Assembly: GCA_944375955.1 (NCBI GenBank)
Contig: CALWBE010000052.1
Location: 138 to 64,137, forward strand
Source of the DNA: an uncultured Clostridia bacterium
Lineage (GTDB): Bacteria; Bacillota; Clostridia; Oscillospirales; CAG-382
Direction of reading: 5' to 3'
Length of the DNA: 64,000 bases
Shown here: one piece after another, positions 29,669 to 39,202 of the stretch
Layout of the letters: each line of letters starts with the position of its first letter
Numbering within the stretch: the first letter of the stretch is position 1
Program-made: the position numbers and the translations under genes
The notes under the pieces: generated by a model
What the model was told of the DNA's origin: nothing
The model's database searches: none
What the model saw: only the letters and a program-made list of their open reading frames with translations

Positions 29669-30745
29669 ATGCTTACGCCGAACTTAAATCTTAGTAACAG
29701 TACAGTTCTCGTTACCGGTGCCGCCGGATTTATTGGCGCTAACGTTGTAATGAAATTGTTTGATGCAGAAAAAAACTTAAAAATAGTTGGAATAGATAAT
29801 TTAAATGATTATTATGACGTCGGCATAAAGAATTACAGGCTAAAAGAAATAGAAAGTTTCTCATCAGGTGCAGATAATTCTGAGTGGACATTTATTAAGG
29901 GAGATATTTCAGATAAGTCTTTTGTAAAGCGTATTTTTTCCGAATACAAATTTTCCGTTGTTATAAATCTTGCGGCCCAAGCTGGTGTTCGCTATTCTAT
30001 TGAAAATCCCGACGCTTACATAATGTCTAATATGCTTGGCTTTTATAATATTCTTGAAGCTTGCAGGAAAAATCCCGTATCACATTTGATATATGCTTCA
30101 TCATCGTCAGTTTATGGTTCGAATAAAAAAACTCCTTATTCGACTGATGACAAAACAGATAATCCTGTCTCTCTTTATGCGGCTACAAAAAAGTCAAACG
30201 AGCTTTTTGCTCATGCTTATTCTCAGCTGTACGGCATTCCTTGCACGGGACTTAGATTTTTCACCGTTTATGGACCTGCCGGACGTCCTGACATGGCATA
30301 TTTTTCTTTTACTGATAAGCTAATACGAGGTGAGAAAATAAAAATTTTTAATTTTGGAAATTGTAAAAGAGATTTTACATATGTAGATGATATTACGGAA
30401 GCCATAAACCGTATAATAGTATGTGCTCCTGAAAGGATATTATCTGAAGACGGCTCTTATTATCCGCCTTGCCGCATATATAATATTGGAAATAACAAAC
30501 CGGAAAATCTTCTGGATTTTGTAAAAATTCTTCAGGAAGAGCTTGTATCCGCTGGAATTTTCTCAGGCGATTATGATTTTGAAAAGTATATGGAGCTTGT
30601 TCCGATGCAGCCGGGTGATGTTGTTTCTACATATGCTGACACATCGGAGCTTGAAAAAGATTTCGGATTTAAACCATCCACTCCTCTTCGAGTGGGACTG
30701 CGCAATTTTATCAGATGGTATAAAAATTATTATAATTTAGGTTGA
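29669..30745 (+). CDS. NAD-dependent epimerase (UDP-glucuronate 4-epimerase-like)
   Basis: VTGAAGFIG, NLAAQAGVRYS, YAATKK and RFFTVYGPAGRPDMA. Confidence 0.93.
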   Translation: MLTPNLNLSNSTVLVTGAAGFIGANVVMKLFDAEKNLKIVGIDNLNDYYDVGIKNYRLKEIESFSSGADNSEWTFIKGDISDKSFVKRIFSEYKFSVVINLAAQAGVRYSIENPDAYIMSNMLGFYNILEACRKNPVSHLIYASSSSVYGSNKKTPYSTDDKTDNPVSLYAATKKSNELFAHAYSQLYGIPCTGLRFFTVYGPAGRPDMAYFSFTDKLIRGEKIKIFNFGNCKRDFTYVDDITEAINRIIVCAPERILSEDGSYYPPCRIYNIGNNKPENLLDFVKILQEELVSAGIFSGDYDFEKYMELVPMQPGDVVSTYADTSELEKDFGFKPSTPLRVGLRNFIRWYKNYYNLG

Positions 30746-30802
30746 CGCATCTATGATTAAAAAATGTATCTAAAAATAAACTGAAATGTTGCATATTAAA
30801 AA

Positions 30803-30831
30803 TTGAAAATAGATGATTTGTTTTGCATAAT
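30803..30831 (+). promoter_or_regulatory. Candidate sigma-A promoter of glmM
   Basis: TTGAAA-17 nt-CATAAT. Confidence 0.5.
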
Positions 30832-30862
30832 TTAAATAGAATATTTTTGTTAAGGAGTAATT

Positions 30863-32215
30863 ATGGGAAAATATTTTGGTACTGACGGTTTCCGCGGTGA
30901 AGCAAATAAAGTTTTGAATGTTGAGCATGCCTATAAAGTGGGACGCTTCCTCGGATGGCATTATGGTAAGGAACATAAATGTAAGGTAATAATAGGAAAG
31001 GATACAAGACGTTCGAGCTATATGTTTGAGTACGCTCTTGTTGCGGGACTTGTCGCAAGTGGAGCAGATGCTTACCTTTTGCATGTTACTACTACGCCTT
31101 CGGTATCTTACGTTGTACGTACTGAAGATTTCGACTGCGGAATAATGATTTCCGCGAGCCATAATCCATATTACGATAACGGTATAAAACTTATAAACAG
31201 CCGCGGAGAAAAAATGAGCGAATCTATGATTTGTGATATAGAGGCATATCTTGATGGTAAAATGGGTGAGATACCATTTGCCGTGGGAGAAAATATAGGC
31301 TGCACCGTAGACTATGCTGCCGGCAGAAACCGGTATATAGGATACATAATATCTATCTCCCAGAATTCATATAAAGGAAAGCGAATCGGCATAGACTGTT
31401 CAAACGGAAGTACATGGATGATTGCAAAAAGCATTTTTGACGCCTTGGGAGCGCAGACGTATGTTATAAATAATACGCCTAACGGACTGAATATAAATGA
31501 GAACTGCGGATCTACGCACATAGAAGGTCTTTGCCGCTATGTAAAGGAAAATAATTTGGATATAGGTTTTGCCTTTGACGGCGATGCTGACAGATGTCTG
31601 GCTGTTGACGAGCACGGAAATGTTTTAACCGGCGATCATATAATGTATTTATGTGCCTGCTATATGAAAGCAAGGGGAGAACTTTCAAAAAATACCATTG
31701 CCACAACCGTAATGTCTAATCTCGGACTCTACAAAGCTCTTGACAAGAAGGGAATCGAATATGTTAAGACTGATGTCGGAGATAAATATGTATATGAGGC
31801 AATGCAGGAAAACGGATATCGTCTTGGCGGTGAAGAATCAGGTCATATAATTTTTTCAAAATATGCTACAACTGGAGACGGACTTATAACAGCAATAAAG
31901 ATTATGGAAGTATTTATTGAGAGCAAGCTTCCTATTTCGAAACTTGTTGAAGATTTCCACGTTTTTCCGCAGATTACTAAAAATATCAGGGTAGAAGATA
32001 AAGATGCGGTCCTGAACGATCCGGATGTAATAAAAATAAAGTCAGAAATTGAAGATACTCTTAAAAACGACGGACGTATTCTTTTAAGAAAGAGCGGAAC
32101 TGAGCCAGTAGTTCGAATAATGGTTGAAGCTCCTGATAAAGACAGCTGCAATTCTTTTGCCGAGAAGGTGGCAGATATTATTTCAAAAAAAGGATTTTGC
32201 TCAGAAAGCAAATAA
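30863..32215 (+). CDS. glmM: Phosphoglucosamine mutase
   Basis: YFGTDG, ISASHNP, FDGDADR, GGEESGH and RKSGTEP. Confidence 0.95.
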   Translation: MGKYFGTDGFRGEANKVLNVEHAYKVGRFLGWHYGKEHKCKVIIGKDTRRSSYMFEYALVAGLVASGADAYLLHVTTTPSVSYVVRTEDFDCGIMISASHNPYYDNGIKLINSRGEKMSESMICDIEAYLDGKMGEIPFAVGENIGCTVDYAAGRNRYIGYIISISQNSYKGKRIGIDCSNGSTWMIAKSIFDALGAQTYVINNTPNGLNINENCGSTHIEGLCRYVKENNLDIGFAFDGDADRCLAVDEHGNVLTGDHIMYLCACYMKARGELSKNTIATTVMSNLGLYKALDKKGIEYVKTDVGDKYVYEAMQENGYRLGGEESGHIIFSKYATTGDGLITAIKIMEVFIESKLPISKLVEDFHVFPQITKNIRVEDKDAVLNDPDVIKIKSEIEDTLKNDGRILLRKSGTEPVVRIMVEAPDKDSCNSFAEKVADIISKKGFCSESK

Positions 32216-32338
32216 ATGATATAAGTTGTGCACGCTGTATAACAGTATAAAATAATATTGCGCTGTGATGCAAAAATACTCATTCTCAATTTATTCTTTT
32301 TTAGATCTTGTAGCGTAATTGTTCATAAATAAACATTT

Positions 32339-32374
32339 TTACGGCGGCAGAGATAGAATTCGATGCCGCCGTAA
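32339..32374 (+). terminator. GC-rich hairpin between glmM and the CotH-like pair
   Basis: TTACGGCGGCA ... TGCCGCCGTAA. The U-tract is weak, so a terminator role is uncertain. Confidence 0.55.
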
Positions 32375-32453
32375 CTGCTTTAACAAAGGTTTTAATAAAA
32401 GCGCATAATTATTTGTGTTGCTTTCTCTTTGAAGTGGAGGAATAGGAAATAGG

Positions 32454-33869
32454 ATGAAAAGAAAGATTTCTGTAACTATAATTGTTATATGTGTTTTTCT
32501 AACGGTTATAGTTATATTCTCAATTATCAAAAGCACGGTTCATATTTACAGTATCGAATATGATATCGAGCCTACCTGTGACAGCTCAGGAGGACATTAT
32601 TTAAAATGTTCTATATGCGGTAAAACGATACAGACTTCGAAGACTGAACCTTTGGGACATAAGGGAGAATGGATAGTTTTAAAGGAACCGACTATAGCGA
32701 CTCCAGGAGAAATGGAAGAGAGATGTACTGTTTGTAAAAAGCAGCTTGATCTTATTAAAACTCCTGTTGAGTTTTCAGTAATACCGTCACTTTACCTTAC
32801 AGGATCAGGTATAAGTATGACTGATACAAATTCGGTTCCGGTAAGTTTTACGTATTCTGAAAATTATGAAAATTCGGACATAACGTCTGTTAATTTTACC
32901 GGAAGAACTTTTGTAAGGCTTATGAATAGAGAGCCTATTAACACAACAAAACACAGCTATGTTATAAATAATTTTACCGCAGAAAACGGAGACAAACCTG
33001 ATTTCGGCGATTTCGGAAAGTGCGATGAAATATATATTTACTCTAATAAAGACGATCCTACGTTTGCAAGAAGATTATTGACGTATGAGCAATGGAGGAA
33101 TATTGTAACTGAAAAATATCCTGAATATTTAAATTTCATATCGGTATCTGAGGATGTTAATTATTCAGGATATAACATGTTGTTATACATTAAAAGCAAA
33201 AAAAGCGACTATAGTTTTGCCGGGATATATACGTTGTCAATTCCATATGAAATTTTTGCAAAAAGCAAGAAACAAGAAATAAAATATGCGGTTGAATACA
33301 CATTAGGCGAAGAAGAATATTTTAAATATATTTATGGTGACACCGGAGATGAAGAAAAAGTTCTGGAAAGCCTAAAAAACAAGCTTGCCGCTGGAACTTC
33401 CGAAATAGAAAGTTTTACAAATAAAGAATTTTTGATAGATTACTGTGCTTTTTCGCTTCTTGTGGGAAATGCCGACGCTTTTACAAATATATATTGGGTT
33501 ACATCCGACGGAAATACATGGTATCCTGTTTTTGCAAATACCGAGCACACATTCGGGAGAACTTCAGGATCTGATTATTTGTCAGACCCGGGTTTTCAGA
33601 TAAAAAGAGGCTCTTTTTGGGACAGCATATTGTCTGAATATAGTGAAAATATAAGCCGTCGTATATATGATTTCGCTTCCGGAAACCTGACTCCTGAAAA
33701 AATGAGATCGGAATTTGAAAAATATGTATCAAGGTTTGATGATGAAGTTTACGCGGAAAATTATCGCACATACGGGAAAACATATATAGATCCGAATGAA
33801 GAGATCGAAAACTCTATATTATGGTACGAACAAAGGGTACAGCTGTTTGTGGGAGAACTTGTCTATTAA
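32454..33869 (+). CDS. Membrane-anchored CotH-like protein with N-terminal Cys/His repeats (degenerate)
   Basis: N-terminal TM; PTC...CSICG...LGH...W repeats; IDY...GNADAFTNIYWVTSDGNTWYPVFANTEHTFG. Confidence 0.65.
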   Translation: MKRKISVTIIVICVFLTVIVIFSIIKSTVHIYSIEYDIEPTCDSSGGHYLKCSICGKTIQTSKTEPLGHKGEWIVLKEPTIATPGEMEERCTVCKKQLDLIKTPVEFSVIPSLYLTGSGISMTDTNSVPVSFTYSENYENSDITSVNFTGRTFVRLMNREPINTTKHSYVINNFTAENGDKPDFGDFGKCDEIYIYSNKDDPTFARRLLTYEQWRNIVTEKYPEYLNFISVSEDVNYSGYNMLLYIKSKKSDYSFAGIYTLSIPYEIFAKSKKQEIKYAVEYTLGEEEYFKYIYGDTGDEEKVLESLKNKLAAGTSEIESFTNKEFLIDYCAFSLLVGNADAFTNIYWVTSDGNTWYPVFANTEHTFGRTSGSDYLSDPGFQIKRGSFWDSILSEYSENISRRIYDFASGNLTPEKMRSEFEKYVSRFDDEVYAENYRTYGKTYIDPNEEIENSILWYEQRVQLFVGELVY

Positions 33870-33888
33870 ATTTTAAAGGACTGATTTT

Positions 33889-35361
33889 TTGAATAAAACA
33901 AAAATTTTAAAGATTACGGCGCTTGCAGTTTTATTCTCATTATTGCTTAACGGATGTTCTGTTCATAGACATAAATTCGGTGAATGGAATATCGCTTCAA
34001 CTTATGATTGTACTGAAGATGAATACCGTTACCGTATATGCAGTGTATGCGGAAAGGTTGAGTATGAATATTACAGACCGGCATCGGGACATATATTCAG
34101 TTCATGGTATGATGATATGCGGTTTGAAAAAAGATATGCTATTTGTGAAAAATGCGGAGCAGAAATAGAAGACGGAATATATGAGCCGCCGTCAAATTTT
34201 TCACGCTTCTATATTTATGGAACGCCGAACGCATCTGTCATACCGGTGGAATTTATATATGCTGGTATAAATAATGATCTTTCAGGATATGCGAAAGTAT
34301 CGTTTGATGCAAATGAGTCTAACGATTATTATAAAAAGAGCTATGATCTTGAAATTTATTCTGACAGTAATTTTACGGAAGCGCTTAATGCTGATTTCGG
34401 CGAAGGCGTAAGTGGATTTTCTGTATATACATTAAAATCCGAATATGCAGATAAAAGTTCGGTAAGAAATTTGTGTGCATCTGAGCTTTGGAGAATGGTA
34501 ACAGAATCAAGGGATGATCTCGATGAAAATATATCTCAGCTTATGTATCTAGGAGCGGATCACGGATTTCCCATGCTTTTATACACAAACGGAAATTTTA
34601 AAGGAATATATAATTTTTGTCTGCCTAATGATGAAAAGCTTTTTGGATTAAGTGAAAATGAGGGAGAAGCTTTAATATATTCGTATACAAATTACGGTAA
34701 TTTGGATTTCAGCTATTCAGCCTCTGAGGATAATTCAGTCGGATGTACGGTTATTTTTCCAAAATCTGAGCAGGGAAAGAGTTCTGCGGAAAACTCATTT
34801 AAAAATTTTATGAGTTTTGTAAATAGCTGTACAGACGAAGAACTTTTGGAAAAATTGCCAGATTATCTTGATATAAACGCGGCAATTGATTATTTGATAT
34901 GCGTTTATTTGTTCGGAGCCGACAATAATAGCGTCAACTTTTGCAATTGGGTAACATATGACGGCAATAAATGGATACCGTCGATGTATAATTTAACTTA
35001 TACATTTGGCATTGATAAAAGTGGAAGTTCGGTAAAATGTGAAGATACTATATCACCTTATTACTCGGATGGAATTTTGCATTCGGGCACAGATGCTGTT
35101 TTATGGGAAAAGCTATGTAGAAATTATGAAGATCGTATTTTAGAAAGATATTGGTTCATAAGAGAAAATGTTCTTAATTCTGATACGGTATCTGAAGTTT
35201 TTCAAAGATATATTTCAATGATACCGGAAGAGGCATATGAAGCAGAGCTTGAAGAATATCCGTCAAAAAAGGATTACAGTGGCGTCTCCGAAACCATTGA
35301 AATAACGTCATGGTTTGAAGAAAAATCAGGAATTTTAGATTCTGTTTTTGATAGAAAATAA
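33889..35361 (+). CDS. CotH-like lipoprotein with N-terminal Cys/His repeats
   Basis: Lipobox LLNGC; KKSYDLEI, TLKSEYADKSSVRN, GFPMLLY.NG.FKGIYNF and IDY...VTYDGNKWIPSMYNLTYTFG. Confidence 0.75.
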   Translation: MNKTKILKITALAVLFSLLLNGCSVHRHKFGEWNIASTYDCTEDEYRYRICSVCGKVEYEYYRPASGHIFSSWYDDMRFEKRYAICEKCGAEIEDGIYEPPSNFSRFYIYGTPNASVIPVEFIYAGINNDLSGYAKVSFDANESNDYYKKSYDLEIYSDSNFTEALNADFGEGVSGFSVYTLKSEYADKSSVRNLCASELWRMVTESRDDLDENISQLMYLGADHGFPMLLYTNGNFKGIYNFCLPNDEKLFGLSENEGEALIYSYTNYGNLDFSYSASEDNSVGCTVIFPKSEQGKSSAENSFKNFMSFVNSCTDEELLEKLPDYLDINAAIDYLICVYLFGADNNSVNFCNWVTYDGNKWIPSMYNLTYTFGIDKSGSSVKCEDTISPYYSDGILHSGTDAVLWEKLCRNYEDRILERYWFIRENVLNSDTVSEVFQRYISMIPEEAYEAELEEYPSKKDYSGVSETIEITSWFEEKSGILDSVFDRK

Positions 35362-35438
35362 AAATTTTATTTTTCCGAATAAATCGTTTTTATGTTGAAA
35401 TAATACTATCATACGATTGAAAGGGGATGAAATAAAAA

Positions 35439-35762
35439 ATGCCTGAAATTACATGTAGCGCAAGAAGGTGCGTATATAATGACGATGGTTACTGCGAACG
35501 CGAAACAATAAGGATTGATGTCGATGACAGAAGTCAATACAGCAGCTGTACTTGCTGTGATAGCTTTGAGGATGAAAGTGACTGCAGAGATTGCTCGTGT
35601 GAAAACTGTTCTGGGGAAAATGCGAGCGTCGAATGTTTTGCTACAGAGTGCATATATAATGAGGGGCGCGAATGCATAGCCGACAGTATAAGCGTAGAAG
35701 GTCATGACGCCTGCTGTTGTATAGATACTTGCTGTGATACGTTTAGGACAAACCGCGTTTAA
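35439..35762 (+). CDS. Small Cys-rich protein with two DUF1540-like repeats
   Basis: C-x4-CVYN-x4-C-x4-I...T.C.SF occurs twice, with an intervening Cys-rich segment. Confidence 0.8.
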   Translation: MPEITCSARRCVYNDDGYCERETIRIDVDDRSQYSSCTCCDSFEDESDCRDCSCENCSGENASVECFATECIYNEGRECIADSISVEGHDACCCIDTCCDTFRTNRV

Positions 35763-35787
35763 GTTTAAATGTAATGAATGAATAATG

Positions 35788-35822
35788 AAAAAATGCCGTT
35801 TTAAATAAAAACGGCATTTTTT
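35788..35822. terminator. Bidirectional terminator
   Basis: AAAAAATGCCGTTTT ... AAAACGGCATTTTTT between convergent genes. Confidence 0.87.
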
Positions 35823-35842
35823 ATTAAGCTAAAATTTAAATA

Positions 35843-37291
35843 TTATATTTTTATCTCGCCTGATAAAATTTTTTTATAATCGGAAAGGTTAGCTTTCAAA
35901 AGTTCAGGAGTGTCGAGGCCGTACGGACATTTCTCTTTGCAGTGACCGCAGCCAATGCAATTTTCTATGTTAAACATCTTCTTCTGGCTGTTTTCGGTAA
36001 GCCAGTTTGCCGATGGACTTCTTCTTATAAGCTGAGACATGCGCGCGCAATTGTTTATTTCAATGCCAGCGGGACAAGGCATACAATATCCGCATCCGCG
36101 GCAAAAACTTCCGATAAGATCTTTTCTGTCCTTGTTTATAATATCAGCGATTGTTCCGTCCGTTTGAGGAGGATTTTGGGTGTAACTTATAAATTCTTCA
36201 AGTTCGTTTTCGCGTTGGACTCCCCATATCGGAAGAACGTTTTGATATTTAGCCATCCATGCATATGCAGCAGCTGAATTAGTGATAAGACCTCCTGACA
36301 AGCCTTTCATTGCAATAAATCCGATATTATGATTCTTGCAAAGCTCTACTAATTCTATATCTTTTTCGGTTGCGAGATAGCAAAACGGAAACTGCAGCGT
36401 CTCATAAAGTCCTGATAATACGGCTTCTGATGCAACATTTAGTCTGTGGTTTGTAATACCAATATGCTTTATTAAACCTTGAGATTTTGCTTCCAGCATT
36501 GCATTATAAAGTCCGGATTTGTCATCGGGCTTAGGGCAAAACGCAGGGTTGTGCAGCTGATAAATGTCTATGTAGCTTGTTTTAAGGTTTTTGAGGCTGG
36601 TTTCAAGATCGCGGAAGAACCCGTCACGGTCTGAAGCCCCGGTTTTTGTGGCAATAAATATTTTTTCGCGCACATCAGACAAAGCTATTCCTATTTTTCT
36701 TTCGCTGTCTGAATATGCCCTGGCTGTATCAAAAAATGTAATTCCCGACTCATAAGCTTTTTTTAAGATTTTGCATGCGTATTCATCCGATACTCTTTGT
36801 ATGGGAAGTGCTCCAAAACCGTTTTTCGGCACTGTTATGCCTGTTTTGCCAAGAGTTACAGTAAGCGGTGTGCTTATGTTGTTTTTTAAACTCCCAGTGA
36901 GGTAGCAAGAAGCTATTTTTACGAGTATCTCCTTATCTGCAGGACAGAACGGATAAAGGGATATTTCATCGGGAGAAATCCATTTTGCCTCACAGTGTAT
37001 TTTTTCGGATACTTTAATTTGCCCGTCTTTTATTTTAGCAGAAAATACTGTCAACCTTATTTCGTCATCAGAATATTTATAGTTGATTTCAGAGAATATT
37101 TCTCCTACTGATACTGAAACCGATAGCTCCTCACGAAGTTCGCGAATTAGGGCTTCCTTTTTTGTTTCACCGTTTTCAACTTTTCCGCCGGCAAATTCCC
37201 ACAGCAGCCCTCTTGCTTTGTGTTTTGCCCTGCGGCAAATTAAAAATTTGTTGTTATCATTCCATATTAGCCCAGCTACAACTTCTGTCAT
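35843..37291 (-). CDS. Fusion of a MutT-like NUDIX domain, an aldo/keto reductase and a 4Fe-4S dicluster domain
   Basis: WEFAGGKVENGE...RELREEL Nudix box; GFGALPIQR, FDTARAY and IDIYQLH; CRGCGYCMPC and CIGCGHCKEKCP. Start MTEV follows an AAGGAG RBS. Confidence 0.88.
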   Translation of the reverse strand: MTEVVAGLIWNDNNKFLICRRAKHKARGLLWEFAGGKVENGETKKEALIRELREELSVSVSVGEIFSEINYKYSDDEIRLTVFSAKIKDGQIKVSEKIHCEAKWISPDEISLYPFCPADKEILVKIASCYLTGSLKNNISTPLTVTLGKTGITVPKNGFGALPIQRVSDEYACKILKKAYESGITFFDTARAYSDSERKIGIALSDVREKIFIATKTGASDRDGFFRDLETSLKNLKTSYIDIYQLHNPAFCPKPDDKSGLYNAMLEAKSQGLIKHIGITNHRLNVASEAVLSGLYETLQFPFCYLATEKDIELVELCKNHNIGFIAMKGLSGGLITNSAAAYAWMAKYQNVLPIWGVQRENELEEFISYTQNPPQTDGTIADIINKDRKDLIGSFCRGCGYCMPCPAGIEINNCARMSQLIRRSPSANWLTENSQKKMFNIENCIGCGHCKEKCPYGLDTPELLKANLSDYKKILSGEIKI

Positions 37292-37358
37292 AAGTTTGTC
37301 TCCTTGACCAAAATATATGGGTATTTTAACATAAATAAGTACATAAATCAAGATAAGA

Positions 37359-39038
37359 TTATTTTTTGTATGCCTTAAAAAACGTTCCGTGTTTGAGATT
37401 TTCGATATGTAAAATACTATCTTTATATTCTATTTTTCCCTTGTCATCATCCCATATATTTATTTGAAAGATTTTCTGTCCCAATTCAATTTTTATATCT
37501 TTGCCTGCTATTTCATGCAGATTTTTGAGATCACGAAGGACACTTTTCCAGTTGTCATGTCTGTTGCGTATATAACCTAATATAACGTTGTCACCGCGAA
37601 GCAGAAAGATTCTTACATCATCATCTTCATATGAATCATTTTTAAAATTTTCCTGGTCAAATTTAATATCACGGCACAGCTCAGTCAAAGGTGCAAAAAA
37701 ATGATACAAATTTTTTGATTCCACATAACGATCGTTCCAGTGCCATATATGACCGCATCCGGCTGCACAGCAGAAAAGTGGGGTATATACCATATCGCAA
37801 AAAATTATACCGCTGTGATCGGCACAGTAATACTTAAAAGGTCCGCTGTGACAGTTGTTTACAGCTCCAGTTTCTGCAACAAGTATTGGTTTTCCTTCCG
37901 GACGCATTAGGTCTATTCCGTCTTGAAGGAGTGATATAGGATCGTTTCGGCAAACACTAAACTGCGCACCTTGATCAAGATATCTGTGAATTTGAACTAT
38001 ATCGGATTTATCCCAGCAAAAATTCATATAAACTTTTTTTGCGTCTTCGCAGTCAAGACTGCCGAGAGAATTTATTACAAGATGTTTAGGAAACAGCTCT
38101 TTAACTTTAGGGAGCATTTCAATATTCCATTCGTTAAGGTATTCTACGGACATGCAGTTCATTTCGTTCCACAACTCTATTGCCATTATGGTGGGATTCC
38201 CGGAAAAACGTTTGGAAAACTCTTTCATTTTCTGCAGCCACGCATTTTTCCAAACAGTATCACGCATCCATTCGGCAGAACTTTCACATCTTTTCCCTTT
38301 GAAATAAAGACGCTTATTAAATTTCCTGAATACATCATCTGCATATGAATTGCTGTTAGCTTCTGTATCATAGTTAAAAAAGCGAAACTGCTCAATTGTA
38401 AGCTTTAAGAATATACCATATTTTTCCGCAAGAGCTATAATTTTATCTATAACCGCAAATTTTTCTAAGGAAAAAACACCGGCTTCTTCCGTATCCGGAC
38501 AGAAATATTCGTGTCCAAGCCAAATTCTTGCCAAATTTACGCCGTTATTGCTTAGAGAACGAAACCAGCGCTCATACTGCCTTAATCCAAGATAACAAAA
38601 TTCGCCGGAAAGGCCAAATTCCTCTCCGTTGTTTTTGCCGACGGTAGAAACAAAAGCAAGATTTATACCGACGGGAAGAAAAGGAGTACTGTCTGTAAAT
38701 GCAAAATATCTGGCATCCTTTTTGCTTACTTCAATATATCCGTGAGAACAACCTTCACTGACGGAAATTGTAATTTTAGTTCCGTCTGAGGCTGAAAGCT
38801 CATAATTGCCGGTTTGATCAGGAAAAAATCTCACTGTATTAACGGGAGAACCTACAGATTTTATATGTTCTATTCCTTCCTCATCATATTGGATTGAAAT
38901 ATTCTGGTCCATAAACGGCAACAGTTCTTTTTTTGTACCGTCAGGACAAATAACATATGCGGCAGAGCCGTCAGGTAAGCTTTGTTGTACACAGGAGTAT
39001 TTTGACGCATTGATTCTTTTTAAAATCATATAAAACAC
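37359..39038 (-). CDS. Clan GH-A (GH5-like) glycoside hydrolase, no signal peptide
   Basis: PVGIN, GVNLARIW, IELWNEM (acid/base), QIHRY and LVAETG (nucleophile). Confidence 0.7.
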   Translation of the reverse strand: MFYMILKRINASKYSCVQQSLPDGSAAYVICPDGTKKELLPFMDQNISIQYDEEGIEHIKSVGSPVNTVRFFPDQTGNYELSASDGTKITISVSEGCSHGYIEVSKKDARYFAFTDSTPFLPVGINLAFVSTVGKNNGEEFGLSGEFCYLGLRQYERWFRSLSNNGVNLARIWLGHEYFCPDTEEAGVFSLEKFAVIDKIIALAEKYGIFLKLTIEQFRFFNYDTEANSNSYADDVFRKFNKRLYFKGKRCESSAEWMRDTVWKNAWLQKMKEFSKRFSGNPTIMAIELWNEMNCMSVEYLNEWNIEMLPKVKELFPKHLVINSLGSLDCEDAKKVYMNFCWDKSDIVQIHRYLDQGAQFSVCRNDPISLLQDGIDLMRPEGKPILVAETGAVNNCHSGPFKYYCADHSGIIFCDMVYTPLFCCAAGCGHIWHWNDRYVESKNLYHFFAPLTELCRDIKFDQENFKNDSYEDDDVRIFLLRGDNVILGYIRNRHDNWKSVLRDLKNLHEIAGKDIKIELGQKIFQINIWDDDKGKIEYKDSILHIENLKHGTFFKAYKK

Positions 39039-39050
39039 CTCTTTAAAAAG

Positions 39051-39079
39051 AGTATATCATATAATTTTTTTCAGGTCAA
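39051..39079 (-). promoter_or_regulatory. Sigma-A promoter of the glycoside hydrolase
   Basis: Minus strand TTGACC-17 nt-TATACT with a TG extension. Confidence 0.65.
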
Positions 39080-39120
39080 CGAATGTTATCATATTTAATA
39101 TTGTGAAAAGTATATTTTAA

Positions 39121-39180
39121 ACAAATTTACACTTTTAGGGACAAAATTATCTTTATTAAAATATTATAATGTGCTAAACT
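39121..39180 (+). promoter_or_regulatory. Activator-type promoter, copy 1 (shared with 59534-59593)
   Basis: ACAAATTTACACTTTTAGGGACAAAATTATCT followed by TG-c-TAAACT at offset 52-60. Confidence 0.65.
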
Positions 39181-39202
39181 ATAAATATATGGGGGTGTAA
39201 AA

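Noticed and set aside
32339-32374. Possible glmS ribozyme or riboswitch after glmM
   Set aside because: Only one hairpin is visible, no glmS core motifs are present, and no glmS gene follows.
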